This document shows positions 6,501 to 14,200 of a DNA stretch of 15,441 nt, piece by piece (the stretch's first letter is position 1; every line of letters starts with the position of its first letter). The position numbers and the translations under genes are program-made. Below the pieces are notes generated by a model that saw only the letters and a program-made list of their open reading frames with translations, was not told the DNA's origin and made no database searches. This DNA comes from a virus (lineage: Duplodnaviria; Heunggongvirae; Uroviricota; Caudoviricetes): positions 1 through 15,441 of IMG/VR virus record IMGVR_UViG_3300005805_000069. One strand, given 5' to 3'.

Positions 6501-8249
6501 TTGACCAGCAAACTTACTGTTGTATGTCTCAATAATTTTCTGGATTTGCTTGTTCAATATCTTAGCCTGTCTGAGCAGAGGTTTAAGATTGCCCTTGATT
6601 TGCAATTGCCTAATGGCTGTAAACAACTCATTGAGCTGTTCTGCTTTGCTTTGCTTTTCTGAAGGAAGCACCTTCTTCTCAGAGAACTTCTTATATACAG
6701 CATTGAGCTTTTCAATCAATGCATCTATCTTTCTATTTCCAGTTTTCTCACCTTCTAGTCCTACAGGAAGCAAATAGTCGTCTGTAATGTTTTTAATATT
6801 TACATCTCCTATCTTAACGCTCAGCAGTTGTGGCAGAACGTTAAGCTTTGCGTTACCCTGAGAGTAAAGCGCCTGTATAGGAATCATCCTGGTTTGCTTG
6901 AACTTCTCTGGCTTAATACCATAGACGTTCTGTAGGATGAGCTTATACTGTTCCATCTGTTGTCTCCAGGCATTTATCTTATACCAAGGAACGTCTGTAT
7001 ACTTGTTTATATTCAAGTCCATAAACTTCCAGTCAAGCACACTGGTTTCACCAGTTGGCGTAATGGCAAGGAAGTCTATTGTACCAGCTAATCCACGCTT
7101 AGGATCATACACAGTTATCTCAGACATAAACCTTGTGCCCTGAGGGAAAGACTTAAGCCTAGCTTCCATGTTTTCCTTCAGAGAGTTGTACATGTCTTTG
7201 TTAGACGGGTTGAGCTGAGATACGTATGTAGAGTCATCCAGTAGAGTGTCTCTTAGGTTACCGTTCTCATCTACAAACACCTTGAATATATTCTCTATAT
7301 CAGCATGTCCAGCTGTACCCTTCTCACGCTTCAAATCATCTACAGCTTTGGCATATTCACTCTTGGTGAGGTCTTTGTCATTAAATCTTCTTTGATACCA
7401 GTCTTTTACAATGTCTGTAACCCTTCTGCTCACTTTCTTGCCATCAATATAATAGCCATCATCCTTCTTCTCAATTCTTCCAGACACTTCTTTAATCTTA
7501 TCAAACAGGGCTTCCTGAGGATTCTTTGAGAAGAATATAGCATCTTGCTCTTCCCTGATGTCCTCAGCTGTACCAATCTTATTACCAGACATAATGTCTA
7601 TGGCAAGTTGGTCAAATCCACTCTTAGCAAACAGGTTCTTAATAGCCCTTATAATCTGTTGCCACCAGCTCTCCACATTAGCTATCTTCTGTAGAGTTTC
7701 CGTGCTACCCTCGTTCTTTTCTATAATCACTTGTGTCAACACCTTGGCAATAGCTTCTTCCTTCAGTTTGATAACATTAGGCTTACCATCTATCTGGTAG
7801 TTTGGATCTTTGCTATATGTGGCAAATACGTCATTCAGGATGCGATAGTTGTTAATCTCACCCAGGAGCTTTCTGTATAAGGCAGGATCAGTTTGCTTGA
7901 TGATGGATACAGCAAAGTGCATTGCTTCTTCAGGAAGTGCTTCAGCCTCTTTACCTTCTACCACCTGTATCAGTTTCTGCATAACAAGCGCAGCACCCTT
8001 ATCATCATACTTCACACCATTCACCTCAATCTGCTTTAACACCTTGATGTCTACACCAATACGCTTGATGAAGTCTTTGATAAGCGCAATGGTCTTAGGA
8101 GATGCCACAGGAGCATCAGGGGTGGGTATAATTGCATCCTCAGGAACATTACCGTCATATTTATCCCACAGGTAGTAGGCAAGATCCTCTCCTTTAGAAG
8201 CCACTAGTTCTTTCCAAGAGTCAAGATTTGTATTTGGACAAGTTGCCAT
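3561..8249 (-). CDS. Large virion cargo (ejection) protein, 1562 aa: degenerate zincin-like domain + PD-(D/E)xK nuclease + long helical region
   Basis: ATG overlaps the RNAP stop (TAATG). Motifs: LPEEAMHF...KEEAIAK (zincin-like, aa 107-111); RRVTDIV...KGTAGH...SE...AGTIDFL...SVLDWKF...QQMEQY (nuclease). The remainder looks helical. Cargo role is inferred from its position beside a crAss-like virion RNAP. Confidence 0.85.
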   Translation of the reverse strand: MATCPNTNLDSWKELVASKGEDLAYYLWDKYDGNVPEDAIIPTPDAPVASPKTIALIKDFIKRIGVDIKVLKQIEVNGVKYDDKGAALVMQKLIQVVEGKEAEALPEEAMHFAVSIIKQTDPALYRKLLGEINNYRILNDVFATYSKDPNYQIDGKPNVIKLKEEAIAKVLTQVIIEKNEGSTETLQKIANVESWWQQIIRAIKNLFAKSGFDQLAIDIMSGNKIGTAEDIREEQDAIFFSKNPQEALFDKIKEVSGRIEKKDDGYYIDGKKVSRRVTDIVKDWYQRRFNDKDLTKSEYAKAVDDLKREKGTAGHADIENIFKVFVDENGNLRDTLLDDSTYVSQLNPSNKDMYNSLKENMEARLKSFPQGTRFMSEITVYDPKRGLAGTIDFLAITPTGETSVLDWKFMDLNINKYTDVPWYKINAWRQQMEQYKLILQNVYGIKPEKFKQTRMIPIQALYSQGNAKLNVLPQLLSVKIGDVNIKNITDDYLLPVGLEGEKTGNRKIDALIEKLNAVYKKFSEKKVLPSEKQSKAEQLNELFTAIRQLQIKGNLKPLLRQAKILNKQIQKIIETYNSKFAGQDPSQFSQKEINNFAEELQTAQDAINTYVNLDTDLRGLFTGELSEEDKKLKDDLRDAADDARDIQSSLNEILNDYTSEIIAKSEGVDSLLSPEKIVKGITRLFASTATIQLKAMEVLYKKANKAFALAGYDTLTESKRLKSLKDAYDKWAASKGLSQKDYFNIIKKKNKNELIDEFNPEFYSTLKKKIEEKDSQWVRDNINVSEYNEFLSKKLAEEFERIENKHRVGTEAEINAEITREKNQAKLLYNTSTTESAGWLLYDFVKLHPKRENWESKEWRELNNPANKPALDFYNYIKERNEIYRELGYIGRAEARVFLPFVRKSLVEKLVMGGNVRLGEQFFRDISIDEGDIGMGQIDPLTGKPIDVIPKYFAREVEGEVSDDLFRTMALYNEAAIRYQYLSEIEDQVRALVAVERNKKAIATSVFGRTEYKDGVLQYTPDNNENTKLVEDMMKSIIYGQKFVQSETFDQLLGNIGKWGDKINDKLGMNIFPKNLDGRQISVNKVINQLNNTFQITTLGLNALSATSNFFGGNAQSVINSGKYFTKTDYASAEAMLFVGKLAGVEDRKKVIGALDYFLPLTENYNRDVANSLSLNKLNQQNLQDALMYFMRKSDWAVQTANFYAFLKNTIVQDGEVVNAREFLRSQPEYAEKYAGTVEDRRAFEQKFEDEVKRLVEEKGILKVAQVVDNEFVIPGVNRKSESVVRLRRNVQQLTKDALGNLSEDDLRKINLTIYGKSFMIFKNWIPRLVDVRMGNLKYNNASDAYEWGRMRMVFRIFSEDLIGSLNNLYGSLVANQRGVDFMRELFEKKKADYEKDTGKTLNMSEAEFMDLVRSNIRNQMYDVIFLTTMFILVAALKANMPDDEEDAATKARYRFMVKAADKFKDELTYFYDPTSFQNLVSSGIFPSLGLVENFRKGTVNFFRENWALATGDDESVEEIKVIKYWLKTFPFTNQMAGYLPMFYPDLAKDLGLRVQSNYGIR
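6900..7440 (-). other. PD-(D/E)xK (RecB/Cas4-like) nuclease domain
   Basis: GTAGH (H315, 7305-7307), E377 (7119-7121), GTID (D392, 7074-7076), DWK (D406/K408, 7026-7034), QMEQY (Q431-Y435, 6945-6959). Order and spacing fit the RecB-family motif set. No Cas4 Fe-S cysteines. Confidence 0.85.
7620..8060 (-). other. Zincin-like (metallopeptidase-fold) domain with EExxH in place of HExxH
   Basis: KGAALVMQKLIQVVEGKEAEALPEEAMHF (motif at 7917-7931), downstream EEAIAK (7743-7760), and the amphipathic helix WWQQIIRAIKNLF. Confidence 0.6.
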
Positions 8250-11200
8250 TAACAGATTGCTTTTAATATGTTACCAATTTCAGCAGGTGTATATCCCATT
8301 TTCTCTAACATCTCAGCATTTACATCTGCAGAGGAATATTTAACACCATCTTTTAGTTCAATTGTATTATCTTGTGAAGGTACAATTTCTTCTTCAGCCA
8401 CAACTTTAGCACCAAAGAACTTTATCAAATTAGCATCACTAATTTCGTTATCCACTTTCACTGTGCCATTGTTTATAACAGAAGGTTTGCTCTCCAGATA
8501 GTATTCAGAAGCTAGCTGACCGTCACCATACAGATTAACAAGTTTGTATATATGTTCTCCTTTAGCTGTTACAAGAGGTTCACCGTTTGCATATTTCACC
8601 TTTTGATAACCAAACACATCCTTCAGAGACAAATCACCTTGGGCTTTTTGTCTAGCAAACATGGCACGTGTTACAGTTTGACCAGTTGTCATGTCAATCG
8701 TCTCACCAGTTTTCTTGTCTGTTACAACACGAGGTATCTTTACAAAGTCATATTTTACTTCAGCAGAATTGTATATCTCACTGAGTAACAACACTTTACG
8801 ATCTATAGATTGTACACCAAAGTATTCAATGTTAGGGAACAGAGGTGAAAAGTATTGATATATCTCATTACCAGAAGGATCTTCTCCTATAGCCAGTTCA
8901 GCAGCTGCAAAGAACTTAGGTTGTACAGAAGGTACAATTGCATCATCCTTCCAGTTGTTTCTGTAGAACGCACCTTTACCAAAACTCTTAATCTCTTCTG
9001 TGGATGTCAGAGGATCAATAACAGGCTTAATCATTACAGACAAATCCTCAACAGGTATGATGTTTCTAATGGATATAGCTGATTGGTATGTACCCTGGAT
9101 TAGAGACAGTTTAACAAGACCATTATATAAGTCTGGTTCTACCAACTTGAGCTCCCTCATCATGTCTGTATACATGTCTGTATCAAATGCATCCTTCAGA
9201 TTAGCTCTAAGTCTTACGCTTTTAGCTCCACCGATTCTGTCAGAACTTACCACCTGTAGCTCGTTTAGAAGCTTCATCTCAGGGTGTCTTTTCTTAGCCT
9301 GAGCCAGCTGGTCTGCTACAGAATTGTTTGATACAACAAGAGCTTCTATTTCTGTATTCAAAGGACTCTGTGTCTGTATAACGTAGTCAATGAACGATGT
9401 CTTCACCTTAGCAGCTATTCTGTTAAAGTCTTCTGCACCAAGGAACTCGTTCTCTAGGAATGGCTTAATGACATCATTTGTGATGATGGTGAAGTCATCC
9501 TTCTCAGTCTTGATGATCTCTCCCAAGGATGACATAGCACTGTCAATAAACTTAGCCTGGTTTCCTATGAAAGAAGAATCTAATATCTTATCTACAGAGG
9601 AGAATATATTCTTATCTCTAGCTGCTGATGTTCTAGCCTGCTTTCTGCTAAACTCATCACCACTCCTAAACTTAGTAGTGTCATAGTTGGAAGCCTGTGT
9701 AAGCTTGAAGTTGTATTCAGCCATTTTAGCATACTTCAAAAACTCATTGAGTATTGCTTCTTGTTCAGCGTTATCCTCACCAGTAGGCATTTGTTGTTTG
9801 TTCTCATAATATACTCTGATGTTATCTTTGAGTTTATTAACATCAAACGTACGTCCAAATGATTCCCCAGGGTCTACTGTATATGCAAAACCACCTTTAA
9901 CATGATCTATGTTCTTTTTACTAAACAGTCCTTTTGCACCAATGCTGTTTAGGTAACTCAGGTATTCTCTAATGATAGGCTGGTTCATAAACCAGATTGT
10001 ATTCTCACCAGCACCTATTCTCTCAAGGAACATGAACACACCTACAACAGAATTAGAACCAATAATCTTCATGATGTAAGGGTCTTTGGCTACATCTACA
10101 AATGATGTGGCATATCCAGAAAGTCTGTCAGAAATGTATTGTGTATTATCTGCAGTCATCTTTCCAGAGATGGATATGTATTCTTTGCCATCAACAACCA
10201 CACTGTTATGTGGAAGGTACACTTTGCCGTCTCCCAACATTTTCTTATCAAAATCAGACAATGCTTCAAATCTATCTGGGTCAATATACACCTCAGCTTT
10301 CTGTGTAAGAGAATGACCTGTGATGTTTACAGCAGAAATACCCACCCACTTCTTAGCAGTGACAAATGCATTCCTAAGAGGAGTCATGTAGTTGCGGTTG
10401 AGTAGTCTTCCTGGTATGGTGGTCTCATCTTCCTTCCTAAGAACATCAAGTTCTGTGGCAAGTTTGGAAAGCCCTGCATCATCTACAGGAGAAACCAGTC
10501 TGTCGAAGTTCTCAGGCAGAGTGATCATGTCCTCTAGGGAAATGTAATACTCGTTCTCCAAAGAACGTCTGTACATATCATCTACAAACCTGTTCTTCAG
10601 TTTAGCCTGTAAGTCAACATCTCCCAGTCTCTCAAGTTCCTTCATTATCTCATCTTCAAACTTAGAAGAGTCTTGTACATCCTCTAGAAGAACATCAAGA
10701 AGGTTTGAGTATTTGTCTAATAGGTTGTTTGAATCCTCTAGTCCAAGAGAAAGGATTTGTGCAGCCTCAAGAAGTTCAGCCTTGTTTATCTTCTGTTTCT
10801 CAAGCACTTCGTCAAACACCTTACCAAAGAAAGCTTTTGTAGCTTCTTCAGATCCTTGGTATTTAACCAGCTTAATGTCACCATTCTTGTCTATGTATGT
10901 AGACTTCAGATAGGTGTTCATTTTATCTATATCAAAGTCAGATCCAGCTTTTGCTGTCACCTCAGAAGGAACAACAATGGTGTCACCCATAGATTGTGGC
11001 AGGAATCCTTTCACTCTAAACACCTCAATAGAGGACATAGACTGTGTAGGGATACGGAAACCAATACCTCTGAGGATAGACTTACCCTCTGGGCTGGTGT
11101 TTAGATATTTAAGAATAGCCTCATCGTTAGGAAACTTCTTCTTACTAAACTTACCTCTAAACCAATGAGGAAGCAACACTTCCATGTAAGGATCTTCCTT

Positions 11201-14200
11201 GGTGTAGAACTTAAGCTCTGGGTTTGGTTTGCCAGCCTTTCTGTTTTGTTTCTCCCATCCTGTTACAGGAACCTGCACCTTAGGAGCACCGTTCATCTTA
11301 GGACTAACAAGAGACTTGTTAACCATAGAGAACAGAATATCTTTTATTTGCTTGTATGCAGGAGATGCTTCGAAAGGAATAATAAACTGACCATTCTCGT
11401 CAAGCTTGATTGTGTCCTTAGCATTCTCAGCCATCTCTCTTCTGAGCAGTTCATACTCAAGAGTTTCCTGTACAGCTTTAGGATTTACAAGACGGAAACC
11501 ATCACCTAAGTCCTCAAGGCCCAGTCTGTTAAGAAGGGTTTTGTATCCATTCTCATGGAGGTCATTGAGAGCTTTGAGGTTACGCTCGTAAGCTTTCTTA
11601 GCTTGTTGTGTGCCCTTACCATCACTAAATAGGTCAAGGCTAGAAAGTTTTGTCAACTGAGAACCACGGGTTTGATCCTTAGGATTCTCATAGGCATTCT
11701 CCACTTGTATACCATATGCCTTCCAAGGCACTTTTACAATGCCATCAAAAGGTTTCTCATTGATAGAACCATCAGCGTTATACATGTTGTACAACTCTGT
11801 AGCTCCCACCTTTCTGCCACTCTCAAACACAGCATATCCAATGTTCTCTTTCCACATCTTGATGTAGAGTTTCTCAAGATTTCTGCCCTCAACATCTTTG
11901 TAATACAAAGGCATTTGAGAGAACTTATCTAGCACGTTGTCAATCTTTGTCTCAGCAGCTTTAACACCAGACACAATAGGTTTGAGAACGTCTGTTACAA
12001 ATGCAGGCTCAGGTTTGCTAATCAGCTCACTGTCAGCCTTTTGTAATCTATCACTTGTGTATACGTATTCACCTTTAGCAGCCAGCTTGTTTCTTGTGTA
12101 AGCCATTTGCCATTGATGCCAAGGTTCTGAAACTTCATCAATCCACTGACCATTCTTCAGCTTCACTTCTCTGTATGTGGTGTCCATAATAAACGAAGCA
12201 GCATCTGCCTCATTGATCTTAGGATAGAGTTCACTAGACAGATTGATGTCAGCCAGTGTAACAGTGTTTGTATAAGACTTATGTAAATGATAACCAGGAT
12301 CGTTAGGGGTGAGTTTTACACCGCTAGCTGTATTGTAGTCATCATTAAGGAAGCTGTTATACTCAGGGCTGTCAAATGTAATTCTGCGTGGAGACAGGAA
12401 GCTTTTGATACGTTTGGTCTCATCCAGCTTACCATTCTTTATGGCAAACTCATATGGGTCACCAAAGATGAGTTTGTGCAGTTCTATGTTATTAATGATA
12501 TAGTTTGCGTTTACAAATGTCAATAGGTTCTTAACGTCTTGCTCAGACATATTAAACTTATTGATATTAAACTTATTGATATCACTTGCTGTTGTAAACT
12601 TGTCCTGTAGTCCTGGGTAGCTATACTGACCTTTTTTAATCAGGGATATCTGGTTATTGTCTATGAGAAGTTTTGTTGTTTCTTCCACTGTGGTGTTAAT
12701 GAAGTCAGCCACAGCAGCGTTAATATCATCAATGTTCTTATCAATATATTCGTTGATCTGGTCCTGTGTAGAACCATTAGCAATCATTTTCTCTATTGCG
12801 TTAACATCCTTTTCTTTCAGGATTTCCTTGAAGAAGCGAAGTTCTTTTGCCTTGTCTCCAACATTTTTAAGATTCTCTCTGTTCTCGTAGTCAAGAGCAA
12901 GAGCCACCTCATCCTGCAGATATCCTTTAAATACACTGTAAATCTTATTCCAGCCTCTTCCACCAGCTATGTCAACAAATGGCATGTGGTTACCAAGGTT
13001 TATCTTCCACTCTGTAGATCCGTCAGCAGGAACCAGGATATAGTAGTCACCGTTCAGATTCTCATTGATCTCTTGTGTAAAACGATCTCCAAGTGTAAGT
13101 TTACTGGTAGTAACACCCTTGTCACTATCCACTGTCTTCCTACCCTGTATGTATCCAATCTTAATTTTCTTATATCTTTCTCCTTCTGCGTTATAGAAGT
13201 TCTCACCATCCTTAAGCGTGATGCTGTTTGTAGAGAATACATCATTGAGTTCTGGTCTGAGCTGTTTCAGCTCTTCAACTGTCTTAACACTGTTAAACTC
13301 GTTCTCCATTATGGAAGGAACGTTGTTATCAGCATAAGACTGAATACGTTGATTCTCAACACCAAAGTAGGTGGAGTCTTGAGAAGGATTGGTTACATTG
13401 ATGTATAGGTTGGCCAGGTCAGACAGCTGAGGATTGATTCCAAGTGTCTTGCCTGTGATTGTTCCCACCTCAGTGCTCTTCTGTATGTAGGTGTATATTC
13501 CTGCAACAGCTTTACCAAATTCATCCTTCTGTGTAGTCTTCAAAGAAGTGTATGCGCTAAGAGGGAAACTTACACCAAGGTCTGCAAGGAAGTTAACCAT
13601 TGGTTGTGGTTCTTTAGGAACTGAACCAGGCAACTTACTTTTGTCCACCTCAAAGGTTTGCTTCTGTTTGTTCTTCTTTATAATGGATGCAGGATCATCA
13701 GCCAGAGCTTTCATGTTCTCAAACCACTCACTTTGTAAAAGTTTACTAGCAGTGAACTGATTAGCAGGAGCTGTGTACACACTGTTACCATCAAAGTATT
13801 GGATGTCAGCATTAGGCTTTTGCTTGGTGAATGTCTGGTAGAAGTTGATGAACAGTCTCCAGTCTTCTCTGCTAGAAAGTTTGAAGTCCATGTTGTCCAA
13901 GTCACCACCTATACGCTGGAAGAAACGAACAAATGTACCATCATTTTTAGCAAGATTGACAAGCTTGTCCTTTATCAATTTAAGATTGGTTGTGTTAGAA
14001 ACCTTATCCAACACTGTATTAAACACTCTACCAAAACTTGCTAGCTTCAGACCTTTCACACTAGATGTGTCACGCTCAGGGAGTTTTAGAGAGGATGCAG
14101 TTTGCTGATTTGTAGGCTTCACCTCAGGTAGGGTGGCTGCTACAAGTTTAACTGGGAAAGGAGAGGTCTTCTTCCAGTCTGTAGAGAATGGTTCTGGAGC

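Noticed and set aside
6900-7440. Calling the nuclease Cas4 or a mobile homing endonuclease/intein
   Set aside because: No Fe-S cysteines, cas genes or array; no intein splice residues (the protein has no internal Cys and I saw no His-Asn junction); no LAGLIDADG or HNH motif.
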